A stretch of 64,000 nt of DNA from Deltaproteobacteria bacterium (GTDB lineage: Bacteria > Desulfobacterota > BSN033 > UBA1163). Shown here in pieces: positions 18,247-27,988 of this stretch (the stretch's first letter is position 1; every line of letters starts with the position of its first letter). The stretch covers positions 1,582 through 65,581 of the forward strand of contig JAGVBT010000120.1 in the NCBI GenBank assembly GCA_020059605.1. The letters are read 5' to 3'. The notes under the pieces are model-generated. The model saw only the letters and a program-made list of their open reading frames with translations, was not told where the DNA came from and searched no databases. Made by a program: the position numbers and the translations under genes.

Positions 18247-18666
18247 ATGGAAAGGACATTGTCGATTGTCAAGCCGGACGGGGTAAACCAACATCTGATC
18301 GGAGAGATCATCAAACGCTTCGAGGGCAACGGCCTGAAGGTCATCGGGCTGAAGATGATTTGGATGGGCCGGAAGGAGGCGGAGGGATTCTATGCAGTCC
18401 ACCGGGGCAAACCCTTCTTTGAGAGCCTGACTGGTTTTATGTCTTCCGGGCCCTGTGTCGTCATGGTCCTCGAAGGGGATGGGGCCATTTCGAAAACGAG
18501 GGCATGGATGGGGGCCACCGATCCGAAAAAGGCGGGAGAAGGGACCCTGAGGCGCCAGTTTGCTGCCGACATCGAACAGAATATCGTTCATGGGTCAGAT
18601 GCCCCTGAAACCGCCGCCTTCGAAATCAGCTACTTCTTCAACGCCCTCGAGGTCTTTTCATATTGA
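18247..18666 (+). CDS. ndk: Nucleoside diphosphate kinase
   Basis: MERTLSIVKPDGV...NIVHGSD active-site His motif. Confidence 0.95.
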   Translation: MERTLSIVKPDGVNQHLIGEIIKRFEGNGLKVIGLKMIWMGRKEAEGFYAVHRGKPFFESLTGFMSSGPCVVMVLEGDGAISKTRAWMGATDPKKAGEGTLRRQFAADIEQNIVHGSDAPETAAFEISYFFNALEVFSY

Positions 18667-18689
18667 GCCTCCCTCCCTCTTCCCTCTCC

Positions 18690-18936
18690 CTCGGGAGGCT
18701 GTGTCGTAATAGCAGGCAAAGGGGGAGAGGCAGTCAGGTTCCAAAGATTTAGAATGCGGGTCTTTTAGGTGATGGGAAATCGTTGTTTGTATAAAATCGA
18801 ATGTTATCATATGCTTGGTACGCTTGAATCCGAACGGCTAAAGGTTACCGCTCTAAATCTTTTCCACCCGACCGCCCCTCTCCCTTTTCAAAAAGTCGGT
18901 TTTTTCATATTACGACACAGTCTCCGAGGGGAGAGG
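18690..18936. repeat. About 250-bp intergenic segment bounded by 29-bp imperfect inverted repeats (cctctccctcgggaggctgtgtcgtaata / tattacgacacagtctccgaggggagagg)
   Basis: The inverted repeats match at about 26 of 29 positions; the interior is AT-rich with no convincing ORF. Confidence 0.45.
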
Positions 18937-18984
18937 ATAAAACTGAGGGGAAAATTTTTTGTTGCTCGAAGGTGACTATCCTTC

Positions 18985-20034
18985 ATGAAAGATGCCTTGG
19001 AAAAGACCGATCTGAAGAACCTGAGCCCGACCGAACTGGAGGGCTTCATCGCTATGTTCGGAAAAGAACGATACCGGAGCGTCCAGGCCCTGAGGTGGCT
19101 CTACCGGAGAGGAGTCCGTTCCGTTGATGAGATGAGCAACCTCTCCAAGAAATTTCGTGAGCAATTGAATCAGGCCGGCCGGATTTCGACGTTGCAATCG
19201 ATCCGTATCGAAGAGGACCGGGACGGGACGAAAAAATTTCTCCTCGGTCTCGAGGACGGTAATCGGATTGAGAGCGTATTGATCCCGGACAAGTCCCGGC
19301 TCACCCTCTGTGTCTCGACTCAAGTGGGCTGTGGTCTCGGTTGCCGGTTCTGCCTCACGGGTAAAATGGGATGGAAAAGGAATCTCTCTGTCTCTGAAAT
19401 CGTCAATCAAATTTTGGCCGTGAGGGAGCACCTCAGCGGGAAAAGTCCCATCACCAACATCGTCCTCATGGGAATGGGAGAACCGCTGGCCAATTACGTC
19501 AATACGCTAAAAGCCATTGAGCTCATGGCCCATCCGGATGGGTTCGGTTTTTCATCCAGAAGGATCACGCTCTCCACGGCGGGCCTTCTCCCGGGATTGG
19601 AAAAACTTTTGAATGAGAAAATCCGGTTTCGTCTTGCCGTCTCCCTCAATGCGGCCGACGAGGAGACTCGAAGCCGCCTTATGCCTGTGAATCGCCGTTA
19701 CCCGATGAAAAGGGTATTAGACGTATTAAGGAATTTTCCTCTCAAGCGGAGGGCGAGAATCACGTTCGAGTATGTCATGGTGGAGGGAGTGAACGATTCT
19801 CCCCGCGATGCAAAACGACTGATCCCCCTATTGAAAGGCATTCCCTCAAAGATCAATCTCATTCCCCTCAACGAGGCGCCGGAAATTCCTTTCAGGAGGC
19901 CCTCGGAGGAAAGGGTGAGGGAGTTCCAAGAAATTCTCATGAAAGCCGGCCTGACGGCCATTGTCCGCACAAGCAAAGGAATCAATATCTCCGCCGCCTG
20001 CGGCCAGCTCCAGGGAAGAGCCCTGTGCCCATAA
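18985..20034 (+). CDS. rlmN: 23S rRNA (adenine2503-C2)/tRNA methyltransferase RlmN (radical SAM)
   Basis: CVSTQVGCGLGCRFC radical-SAM cluster motif; RlmN-type N- and C-termini. Confidence 0.9.
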   Translation: MKDALEKTDLKNLSPTELEGFIAMFGKERYRSVQALRWLYRRGVRSVDEMSNLSKKFREQLNQAGRISTLQSIRIEEDRDGTKKFLLGLEDGNRIESVLIPDKSRLTLCVSTQVGCGLGCRFCLTGKMGWKRNLSVSEIVNQILAVREHLSGKSPITNIVLMGMGEPLANYVNTLKAIELMAHPDGFGFSSRRITLSTAGLLPGLEKLLNEKIRFRLAVSLNAADEETRSRLMPVNRRYPMKRVLDVLRNFPLKRRARITFEYVMVEGVNDSPRDAKRLIPLLKGIPSKINLIPLNEAPEIPFRRPSEERVREFQEILMKAGLTAIVRTSKGINISAACGQLQGRALCP

Positions 20035-20115
20035 GCTTTCCCAAACGATTTTCCATGCTGTCGCGTTTCAATCATCGCTGAACAATGGCCGGATGAATTT
20101 CAATCGATCTATGGC

Positions 20116-21342
20116 TCAATTTGGAAAAATCAGCGTTACATTCAGGTAGGCGAGCGTGATCACGGTTTGGATGGCAAGAACGAACAGCAGAAGCGCGCGA
20201 TTTTCCGAGATATCCTTGGGAAGCAGTAAGAGAATCATAGGCCATAGATAGTAATCATATCTTTCATAAACGACCGGATTCAGGCCGCTCATAAGAAAAT
20301 AGCAGAGGAAAATATAAAAAACCAGCGGCGGCCTCCTCGACTCACGAATGCCTCTAAGCAGGCCGTGGAAGAATAACCCCCCTGCAATTCCAAAATAGAG
20401 CGGTAGGATCCATACCAGCGCCGGATGGACATTTCGGCCTAACACATCGATTCCATAATAGATAATGCCCAGTCCTTCTTTCGGGTAATTCAGGGGAAAG
20501 ATAAGAAGATAAACGACCGACCCAATGAGAAAAAGCAGGGGCCATCCCTTTCCCCTTTTGATTTCCAGGAGTCCGAGGGGATGAAAATAGAATCCAAGCA
20601 TGACCAGAATGAGAGTAAACTGAGTCCACCGGATGGAGAACAGGAAATGGAGAAGAGGTCGGCCCCAAATTCGCCCGGGGAAGATTCCGCCCCAATAATA
20701 AAACAAAAACAATAATCCTGCGATTGGCAGAAAAACAATGAGCAGGGTCCATGGCCTTCTCAGATTCTTTTCAGTTAACAAAAAACAGAGAGCCGCGATG
20801 GGCAAGGCGATATCGATCTGCCTTGTAAAGACAAGCGCTGATGAGCCGAAGGCGGCGAGGATGAGATCGGTTATGGATTTGGATTCAACATACTTCAATA
20901 AAAAAAGCATGGTGAAAACCTGCCAGAAGAGGGCCATATTATTGGTATAGAGGGTGAAGGAGTGGAGAAAAATATAAGGGAAGGAGATCAGCACGAAGGT
21001 GGTCAAAAGGGGGAATGGGATCTTTTGATCGCGGCAGGTAACAAAGAAGAGCAGGCCGGTCGTATAGGAAAAGAGGACGGTGAGAAATCGCAGCGTGGGG
21101 ATTTCAAAACCAAAGGCCTTTCCAAAGGTCGCCCAGAGCATGTAAGGGAGGGGACCCGTCACCGAGGAGTAATGCTTCAGTGAAAAATAGGGAAATGCGG
21201 AGGAAAACTTCTGAATGGCCTTAAGATGAAAGGCGTTCTCGTCAAAAAACGTCTGGAATCCAAGTTGGGTGGCCAAAACGAAGACTCCAAAAGGGAGGGC
21301 AAGAATCACGAAAGGAGGGAGGCGGGCAAAAAAAATCCTCAT
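20116..21342 (-). CDS. Polytopic membrane protein, possibly a GT-C-type glycosyltransferase (ArnT/PMT-like)
   Basis: 408 aa, at least 10 predicted TM helices rich in aromatic residues; no catalytic motif confirmed. Confidence 0.4.
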   Translation of the reverse strand: MRIFFARLPPFVILALPFGVFVLATQLGFQTFFDENAFHLKAIQKFSSAFPYFSLKHYSSVTGPLPYMLWATFGKAFGFEIPTLRFLTVLFSYTTGLLFFVTCRDQKIPFPLLTTFVLISFPYIFLHSFTLYTNNMALFWQVFTMLFLLKYVESKSITDLILAAFGSSALVFTRQIDIALPIAALCFLLTEKNLRRPWTLLIVFLPIAGLLFLFYYWGGIFPGRIWGRPLLHFLFSIRWTQFTLILVMLGFYFHPLGLLEIKRGKGWPLLFLIGSVVYLLIFPLNYPKEGLGIIYYGIDVLGRNVHPALVWILPLYFGIAGGLFFHGLLRGIRESRRPPLVFYIFLCYFLMSGLNPVVYERYDYYLWPMILLLLPKDISENRALLLFVLAIQTVITLAYLNVTLIFPN

Positions 21343-21418
21343 GCCGTATGTCTAAATCAAATGGCTGGTAAATGCAACCCCTTCACTGATCGACCTGAAG
21401 GCGAAGCCCCGTCCCCGT

Positions 21419-21447
21419 TTGACAGCGCTTGATAAATCAATTAACAT
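21419..21447 (+). promoter_or_regulatory. Sigma-70-like promoter TTGACA-17-TAACAT upstream of mtnP
   Basis: Read directly; a GAGGAGG RBS and ATG follow 27 nt downstream. Confidence 0.35.
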
Positions 21448-21473
21448 TTTGGAAAAAACCGAGGAGGATTGGC

Positions 21474-22334
21474 ATGCCTGAAAAGATGGTGGGGGTCATC
21501 GGTGGTTCGGGCCTTTATGAAATGGAAGGGCTGGAAGAGGTTCGGGAGATTTCTTTAAAGACTCCATATGGCGACCCTTCGGATGTTTTTATCACGGGTC
21601 GCCTTGAAGGGGTGAAGATTGCCTTCTTGCCCCGCCACGGGAAAGGTCATCGGATTCAGCCCTCTTCTCTCAACTTCAGGGCCAATATCATGGGGATGAA
21701 GATGCTGGGCGTCGATTGGATCATCGGCGTCAGCGCGGTCGGATCCATGAAAGAGAACATCCATCCGGGGGATATGATCATCCCCAATCAATTTATCGAT
21801 CGAACCGTGGGACGGCCGAATACCTTCTTTAGTGACGGAATTGTCTGCCACATTAGTTTTGCCGATCCGGTTTGCCCGGCCCTGAGCCAGATCCTCGGGA
21901 GAGCCGGGGAAGAGGCGGGAGCTACGGTCCATCAAGAGGGAACCTATCTTTGCATCGAAGGGCCACAATTCTCCACACGTGCCGAATCAAAACTCTACCG
22001 CTCCTGGGGCGTCGACATCATCGGAATGACCAATCTTCCCGAGGCAAGGCTTGCCCGAGAAGCGGAGATCTGTTATGCCACCATCGCTTTTGCGACCGAC
22101 TACGACTGCTGGCATCAGGAAGCGGGCGATGTCTCCATAGGAGAAGTCCTGAGGATTCTTGCCCAGAGCGCCCGAACCGCTAAACACGCCATCCGGACGG
22201 CGGTGAAGCGCCTGCCCGAGAAGAGGGATTGTCTCTGCGCCTCAGCCTTGCACCATGCCCTGATCACCAGCAGAAAGTTAATCCCTGAAAAAACAAAGAA
22301 AGATCTGGAACCGATCCTCGGGAAATATCTTTAG
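21474..22334 (+). CDS. mtnP: S-methyl-5'-thioadenosine phosphorylase
   Basis: MVGVIGGSGLY...PNP/MTAP-family motifs; start set at the ATG with a GAGGAGG RBS. Confidence 0.9.
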   Translation: MPEKMVGVIGGSGLYEMEGLEEVREISLKTPYGDPSDVFITGRLEGVKIAFLPRHGKGHRIQPSSLNFRANIMGMKMLGVDWIIGVSAVGSMKENIHPGDMIIPNQFIDRTVGRPNTFFSDGIVCHISFADPVCPALSQILGRAGEEAGATVHQEGTYLCIEGPQFSTRAESKLYRSWGVDIIGMTNLPEARLAREAEICYATIAFATDYDCWHQEAGDVSIGEVLRILAQSARTAKHAIRTAVKRLPEKRDCLCASALHHALITSRKLIPEKTKKDLEPILGKYL

Positions 22335-22354
22335 AACAGAAAAACGCATGGCGC

Positions 22355-22909
22355 ATGGAGCAAGGCGATTTTTTTAAAGAAACAATGAAGTTCATCGCTG
22401 ATCGCACGCTCGGGAAGCTGGCAAAAGGGTTGAGGATGCTCGGTTATGATACCGTTTATTACCGGGGCGATGATTTTCATCAACTCATCCATATCGCCCG
22501 CCAGGAGGGACGAATCCTCGTGACCCGGAATACGAAACTGGCCCTTAGACGACCGAAGGATCATATCATTACCCTCACAGAGAACCATCCTTCCCGGCAA
22601 CTCGAGGAGTTAATTCGAAAAGGGAAACTCTCTTTCAACGACGAGGTCCCTTTTACCCGATGCATCCCCTGTAATGGACCGCTCGAGGATATCCCCCGGG
22701 ATCAGGCAGAAGGCAAGGTCCCGGATTTTATCTTTCATCAGCAAAAAGATTTTTTCCACTGCCGCCGGTGCGATAAGATCTACTGGCAGGGATCACACCT
22801 GGGCAACATGCAGAAACGCGTCAAAGAACTATTACATATTAAATCCGAAAATCGAAATTCGGGCGAAGCTTCCCGAAGGGATCAATTCGAAACAATCTCT
22901 AATGATTAA
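22355..22909 (+). CDS. Mut7-C RNase domain protein (PF01927-like) with a C-terminal zinc ribbon
   Basis: FIADRTLGKLAKGLRMLGYDT...; CPCNGPL...CRRCDKIYWQGSH zinc ribbon; the C-terminal 20 aa are encoded by repeat-element sequence. Confidence 0.7.
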   Translation: MEQGDFFKETMKFIADRTLGKLAKGLRMLGYDTVYYRGDDFHQLIHIARQEGRILVTRNTKLALRRPKDHIITLTENHPSRQLEELIRKGKLSFNDEVPFTRCIPCNGPLEDIPRDQAEGKVPDFIFHQQKDFFHCRRCDKIYWQGSHLGNMQKRVKELLHIKSENRNSGEASRRDQFETISND

Positions 22910-23026
22910 ATCTCAAATGTTCGAAACAAATCAGTTTGAGACATTTGGATTTCGGAAATTCGAATTTGTTTCGCCTGCCTGCCGGTAGGCAGGGATTTCG
23001 ACATTCGGATTTCGAATTTTTAAAAG
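22840..23026. repeat. Family A repeat element, gene-less copy
   Basis: aaatccgaaaatcgaaattcggg...caattcgaaacaatctc...ggatttcggaaattcgaatttgtttcg plus a GC hairpin gcctgcctgccggtaggcaggg and ttcgacattcggatttcgaattt. Confidence 0.7.
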
Positions 23027-23027
23027 C

Positions 23028-23609
23028 ATGCGGATCATCAGCGGGACATCGAGGGGGAGAAGGTTGGCGCCCTTAAAGGGACTGGCCCTTCGTCCCACCT
23101 CGGACCGGGTGAAAGAATCGATTTTCAACATCCTCGGGAAAGCGGTAGAGGGAACATTCGTTCTCGACCTCTTTGCGGGTACGGGGAGCCTTGGAATCGA
23201 AGCCCTGAGCCGCGGAGCGAAAAAGACCTTCTTCGTCGAGAAGGCCAAAGAGGCCTTAAGAATCATTCAGAGAAATCTTCTCCAATGCGGCTTCTCCGAA
23301 CAGGCGGAGATCATTCCAAAGGAGATCAGCCGTGCCATCGCCATTCTTGACGCAAGGAGGGAGTCTTTCGATATTATTCTGATGGATCCTCCCTATGAGA
23401 AGGGATGGATACAACGAACTCTGGAAAAACTGGAAAACCATCACATTTATCATGAAAGTTCCTTCCTGGTGATCGAGCATGGCCGCCGCGAACCCCTTCC
23501 ACGGAACACCGGAGGGTGGTTTGTCGTCAAACAGAGGAGAATGGGAGACACGATGGTTTCCATCCTTCAGGCAGGTGTGGATCCGCAAGATCCCCGACAG
23601 GGTGATTGA
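23028..23609 (+). CDS. rsmD: 16S rRNA (guanine966-N2)-methyltransferase
   Basis: MRIISGTSRGRRL...LDLFAGTGSLGIEALSRGA...DPPY motif. Confidence 0.9.
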   Translation: MRIISGTSRGRRLAPLKGLALRPTSDRVKESIFNILGKAVEGTFVLDLFAGTGSLGIEALSRGAKKTFFVEKAKEALRIIQRNLLQCGFSEQAEIIPKEISRAIAILDARRESFDIILMDPPYEKGWIQRTLEKLENHHIYHESSFLVIEHGRREPLPRNTGGWFVVKQRRMGDTMVSILQAGVDPQDPRQGD

Positions 23610-23643
23610 GATGGCACGGAAGAGGAAAGGAGATAAAAACGAT

Positions 23644-24162
23644 ATGGGAAAAGTAGCGATCTACCCCGGTTCTTTCGATCCCCTCACCTATGGTCATATC
23701 GATATCGTGGAGAGGGCCCTTGAGATCTTTGATACAGTCATCCTTGCCATTGCCCATGACGCGGAAAAGAAGCCCCTCTTTACGGTTGAGGAAAGAGTGG
23801 AGATGGCAAAGGCCATCTTCAAAGAGAGCCCCCATGTCATCGTCGATTGTTTTAAGGGGCTTCTTGTCAGCTATGTCGAAAAGACCAATGCCAGAGTCCT
23901 GTTGAGAGGACTCCGGGCGACTTCTGATTTTGAATATGAATTTCATATGGCCTCCATGAACCGTAGTCTCAGCACCCATCTCGATACGCTCTTCATGATG
24001 ACCAGCAAAGATTACTTTTTCGTCTCCTCCCGGACGATCAAAGAGGTGGCCAAGCTGGGCGGAACGGTGGAAGGATTGGTCCCGAATCTCGTCGCCCGGC
24101 GATTGAAGGAGAAATTTAAGCTACCGGTTGCCCAAAAAAGACCGATTGGCTGGGATGACTGA
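23644..24162 (+). CDS. coaD: Phosphopantetheine adenylyltransferase
   Basis: MGKVAIYPGSFDPLTYGHIDI canonical N-terminus; start chosen at the ATG with an AGGAG RBS; an alternative ATG at 23611 would add 11 aa. Confidence 0.9.
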   Translation: MGKVAIYPGSFDPLTYGHIDIVERALEIFDTVILAIAHDAEKKPLFTVEERVEMAKAIFKESPHVIVDCFKGLLVSYVEKTNARVLLRGLRATSDFEYEFHMASMNRSLSTHLDTLFMMTSKDYFFVSSRTIKEVAKLGGTVEGLVPNLVARRLKEKFKLPVAQKRPIGWDD

Positions 24163-24163
24163 A

Positions 24164-24218
24164 TATGAATAACCAAATTCCAAGCTCCAAATAAATTCCA
24201 ATAACCAAAATTTCAAAT
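24164..24218. repeat. TTCCAA-family (B) repeat, copy 2
   Basis: aaccaaattccaagctccaaataaattccaataaccaaaa, nearly identical to 6506-6556. Confidence 0.7.
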
Positions 24219-24219
24219 A

Positions 24220-25500
24220 ATGAAAAAACTGATTCTGTGTGATTTTGACGGAACGATCAGTATCCGGGATACGGGCTATCTCCTCGTCAACCGGTTCTCG
24301 TTGGGAGAGTGGCAAACCATAGACCGGGAATACCGCGAGGGGAAGATCGGATCGAAGGAAGCTTACTCCTCGATTGCAAAGATGCTCAACGGCGATGAGG
24401 CGAGTGTCCTTCGCTACCTCCGCCGGCATTCGGACATTGATCCCCATTTCAAAACGTTTTACCGATACTGCCTCGAACACGGGATCGATGTGAAGATTGT
24501 GAGTGACGGCCTCGATTTCTATATTCGCGCCATCCTCAATGCGCACGACCTCCCGGAGATCCCCTATTATGCCAACTCCGCCCGATTCCTGAAAAAGGGT
24601 GGAATCCGCATCTCTTTTCCCCATTCCAACGAGGAGTGCGGTCTCTGCGGGACCTGTAAGATGCAAATCGTCCGGAGCCACCGCAATGCATATGACAGGA
24701 TTTTCTTTGTGGGAAACGGGTTCTCCGACAGATGCGCGGCGCGTGAGGCAGACCTGGCCTTTGCCAAAGATTCCCTCTATCCATACTGCATCGACCAGGA
24801 CATCTCATGCCATTTCTTTGAAAACTTTCATGACATCCTCGCAGATATGAAGAAGCGAATCCACGGAATCATCTTCGATCTGGATGGGACGCTCATCGAG
24901 GCCTATGATGCGATTTATCTGGGATTGGAAGAGGTTTTTCAACGGTCGGGAAGAGAGGTTTTCCCATATGATAAGCTTAACCGATATCTGAAATCCGATC
25001 TCGAATCGACACTCGGTCAATTCTTCTCTCCCGGGGAGGTCCCACACATGATTCCCATTATGCGCCAAAAATATGAGGAGGTCTACCTGGACCATACCCG
25101 TTTTTTAAATGGCGCCCAAGAGGTCCTCGGCCGGCTTCACAACCGCGGGGTGCTTCTGGGAGTGGCCTCCAATAAATTCGGCCGTTTCTCCAGGGGGGCC
25201 CTCAACCATCTCGGTGTGTCCTCCCTTTTTAAATCGGTGATCGGGGCAGGAGATGTCCCCCGGAACAAGCCTTTCCCGGATATGATTCACGCCGCATTAA
25301 GGGAGATGGGACTTCTTCCGGAGGAAGTGGTTTTTGTAGGAGACACCCTCACCGATATTGAGACGGGAAAAGAGGCAGGGGTCGACGTTTATGCGCTTCC
25401 TACCGAGTTTCACACCAGAAAGGAACTCTCGCAAAAGAGACCGAAACGAATTTTAAGGAGCCTTCCAGACCTTCTCGAATTGATTGAGGCACCCCTTTGA
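24220..25500 (+). CDS. Fusion of two HAD-superfamily hydrolases: N-terminal MtnX-like (2-hydroxy-3-keto-5-methylthiopentenyl-1-phosphate phosphatase-like) and C-terminal phosphoglycolate-phosphatase-like domain
   Basis: Two separate DxDGT motifs (LILCDFDGTIS and IIFDLDGTLIE); a CGLCGTCK cysteine cluster as in MtnX; second motif-III region VFVGDTLTDIETG. Confidence 0.7.
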   Translation: MKKLILCDFDGTISIRDTGYLLVNRFSLGEWQTIDREYREGKIGSKEAYSSIAKMLNGDEASVLRYLRRHSDIDPHFKTFYRYCLEHGIDVKIVSDGLDFYIRAILNAHDLPEIPYYANSARFLKKGGIRISFPHSNEECGLCGTCKMQIVRSHRNAYDRIFFVGNGFSDRCAAREADLAFAKDSLYPYCIDQDISCHFFENFHDILADMKKRIHGIIFDLDGTLIEAYDAIYLGLEEVFQRSGREVFPYDKLNRYLKSDLESTLGQFFSPGEVPHMIPIMRQKYEEVYLDHTRFLNGAQEVLGRLHNRGVLLGVASNKFGRFSRGALNHLGVSSLFKSVIGAGDVPRNKPFPDMIHAALREMGLLPEEVVFVGDTLTDIETGKEAGVDVYALPTEFHTRKELSQKRPKRILRSLPDLLELIEAPL

Positions 25501-25528
25501 TGGAATCCATGTTTTCAATATTCAACGA

Positions 25529-26281
25529 ATGATGACAGGCCTTTTCCCTATTGAATCGTTTATCTTCTTTCCGGAGAAGGAGATCTGGACTTCTCCCTCG
25601 GACGGGGGAATGGAACATGAGGATGTTTATCTCCCCTGCCAGGATGGAGTGACCATCCATGGATGGTTCATTCCGGGCTCCGGAGAAACGGCCATGCTCT
25701 TTTTCCATGGAAACGGCGGGAACATCTCCCACCGGATCGAGAAAATCCGCCTCCTTTGCTACCCTGAGATTTCCTCCCTGATGATCGATTATCACGGGTA
25801 TGGTTTGAGCCAGGGGAAGCCTTCGGAAGCATCCTGTTACCTGGATGCCTTAACCTCCTGGAATTTTCTTACTCAAACACGGGGGATCGATCCGAAAAGG
25901 ATTGCCCTCTTCGGAGAGTCATTGGGTGGGGCAGTGGCGATCGACCTTGCCGTGAAAAAGGAGGTGGGAGCGGTGATTCTCGAATCGACTTTTACCAGCA
26001 TCGGTGAGGTCGCCGGGAGATTCATCCCGGGAGCAGGAATGTTTCTCAAAGGAAAATTTAATTCCCTTTCAAAGATTTCCTCCCTGAAAGCTCCCCTCCT
26101 CATCCTCCATGGAGACGGGGATGAACTGGTCCCTTACGCATTGGGCCGAAAACTCTTTGCCGAGGCGAACGAACCGAAGGAATTTTTTACGATCAAGGGA
26201 GCTCACCATAACGACACCTACGATGTGGGGGGTCAAACCTACGTTCAAGTCATCCGCCGATTCATCAATCGTTACCTATGA
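25529..26281 (+). CDS. Alpha/beta-hydrolase fold protein (S9/S33-like)
   Basis: GESLGG nucleophile elbow, [11 protein letters not shown] near the C-terminus; start uncertain (the track ORF starts at 25484 and overlaps the previous gene). Confidence 0.6.
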   Translation: MMTGLFPIESFIFFPEKEIWTSPSDGGMEHEDVYLPCQDGVTIHGWFIPGSGETAMLFFHGNGGNISHRIEKIRLLCYPEISSLMIDYHGYGLSQGKPSEASCYLDALTSWNFLTQTRGIDPKRIALFGESLGGAVAIDLAVKKEVGAVILESTFTSIGEVAGRFIPGAGMFLKGKFNSLSKISSLKAPLLILHGDGDELVPYALGRKLFAEANEPKEFFTIKGAHHNDTYDVGGQTYVQVIRRFINRYL

Positions 26282-27193
26282 ATCCGAAAGCGGTTTCCCC
26301 ACCAGTTTCTCGTAGGCCTCCAAATACTTCTCTCTTGTCTTATCGATGATCTCCTGGGGCAACTGGGGAGCCGGAGGCGTTTTGTTCCACCGGATGGAGA
26401 GAAGGTAATCCCTTAAAAATTGTTTGTCAAAACTCTTCTGGGAGCCGCCCGGCCTGTAACCCTCTTTGGGCCAGAACCGGGAGGAATCCGGGGTGAGAAG
26501 TTCATCGATGAGGATCAGCTTTCCGTCCTTTATCCCGAATTCCATCTTGGTGTCGGCAATCAGGATCCCCCTCTGCTCCGCATAATCCCTCGCTTTTTTA
26601 TAGACGTCGATCGAGGTGGATTTCAATCGCCTCGCCAGGTCCTTGCCGACGACCTCCTCCATCTTCTCAAAGGGGATATTTTCGTCGTGGAGGCCCTGCT
26701 CTGCCTTGGTGGAAGGAGTAAAGATAGGCTCTTCCAGCTTTGAGGACTCCGCTAACCCTTCTGGGAGCGGGATGCCGCAAACGGATCCTGTCTTCCGGTA
26801 ATCCTCCCATCCCGAGCCCGACAGGTATCCTCTCACGATACATTCAATGGGAAGAACATCCGTTTTGACCACCAGCATGGAGCGACTCTCCAGGGCCTCC
26901 TCGTAGGGAAGGCACTCCTTTGGAAAATCCCTGACATGGGCGGAGATAACGTGGTTGGGAACAATCTCCCGGGTGACGTCAAACCAGAATGCGGAGAGCT
27001 GGGTCAGGACCCTCCCCTTATCCGGAATGGGATTGGGCATAACCACATCGAAGGCGGAGATCCGGTCGGTGGCAACGATCAGAAGCCTGTCTCCGAGGTC
27101 ATAGATGTCTCTGACTTTTCCCCTTCCCTTCAGGTTCAGGGTTTTGAATTCGGTTTGAGAAATGGCATGGGATGACATAGGCTCCTCCTCCAT
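26276..27193 (-). CDS. purC: Phosphoribosylaminoimidazole-succinocarboxamide synthase
   Basis: [31 protein letters not shown]-synthetase signature; long-form PurC. Confidence 0.9.
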   Translation of the reverse strand: MEEEPMSSHAISQTEFKTLNLKGRGKVRDIYDLGDRLLIVATDRISAFDVVMPNPIPDKGRVLTQLSAFWFDVTREIVPNHVISAHVRDFPKECLPYEEALESRSMLVVKTDVLPIECIVRGYLSGSGWEDYRKTGSVCGIPLPEGLAESSKLEEPIFTPSTKAEQGLHDENIPFEKMEEVVGKDLARRLKSTSIDVYKKARDYAEQRGILIADTKMEFGIKDGKLILIDELLTPDSSRFWPKEGYRPGGSQKSFDKQFLRDYLLSIRWNKTPPAPQLPQEIIDKTREKYLEAYEKLVGKPLSDS

Positions 27194-27280
27194 GAAGTCT
27201 CATCGGCCGGCGTTTGTGGCGGAAGTATAAAACAGTTCGATTGACTTTTCCATAGAAAATGTTAATCTCATTGCCAACCT

Positions 27281-27886
27281 ATGCTTGGCGACAGACTCGG
27301 ACACCGGCTCGACCCCTTTCTTTACAATGCCTATAAAAAACTCTTCGGGGAAAATGGGAATCCCAATCTCTTCACCCTGCTCGGATTCTTCTCCACCCTT
27401 GGCGCTTCCCTTCTCGTCCTGGAAGGGTTCTGGTTGTTCGCAGGCTTGTTCCTAATCGTCTCAGGGCTTTTTGATCTTCTCGATGGAGTGATCGCCAGAA
27501 ATTTAGGGAAAGCGACGGTTTTCGGAAGCTTTTTCGATTCGGTGATGGACCGGTATTCGGACCTTCTCTTCCTTCTGGCTCTCATTATCCATGGCCTGGG
27601 AGAGGAAAACGCTGCCCTGGTTGTTCTCGCTTCCGTGGTCGCCATCGGAACCGCCCTCATCCCCTATGTCCGGGCAAAAGCGGAATCCCTCCAAATCCCC
27701 TGCCACACAGGCCTGATGGAAAGAGCGGAGAGGATCATTCTTCTCTCCCTTGGAACTCTGTTGAACCGGATAGAACCGGTCCTCTGGATCCTCGCCGTCC
27801 TCACCCACGTCACGGTCCTCCAGAGAATCTATCATGTCTGGAAGAAAATCCGAAATTCGAATATCGAAATTCGAAACAAATTCTAA
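27281..27886 (+). CDS. CDP-alcohol phosphatidyltransferase family protein
   Basis: Exact D-G-x2-A-R-x8-G-x3-D-x3-D motif (DLLDGVIARNLGKATVFGSFFDSVMD); the C-terminal tail is encoded by the repeat element. Confidence 0.8.
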   Translation: MLGDRLGHRLDPFLYNAYKKLFGENGNPNLFTLLGFFSTLGASLLVLEGFWLFAGLFLIVSGLFDLLDGVIARNLGKATVFGSFFDSVMDRYSDLLFLLALIIHGLGEENAALVVLASVVAIGTALIPYVRAKAESLQIPCHTGLMERAERIILLSLGTLLNRIEPVLWILAVLTHVTVLQRIYHVWKKIRNSNIEIRNKF

Positions 27887-27988
27887 ATTCAAATTTTTCA
27901 AATTCAAAACCATCTCTATCTGTTTGGGTCATTTTGATTTTGAACATTTGTGCTTGTTTCGAAATTCGCATTTCGAGCTTCGAATTTA
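27846..27988. repeat. Family A repeat element, gene-less copy
   Basis: gaaaatccgaaattcgaatatcgaaattcgaaacaaattc ... gggtcattttgattttgaacatttg ... gtttcgaaattcgcatttcgagcttcgaattt. Confidence 0.7.
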
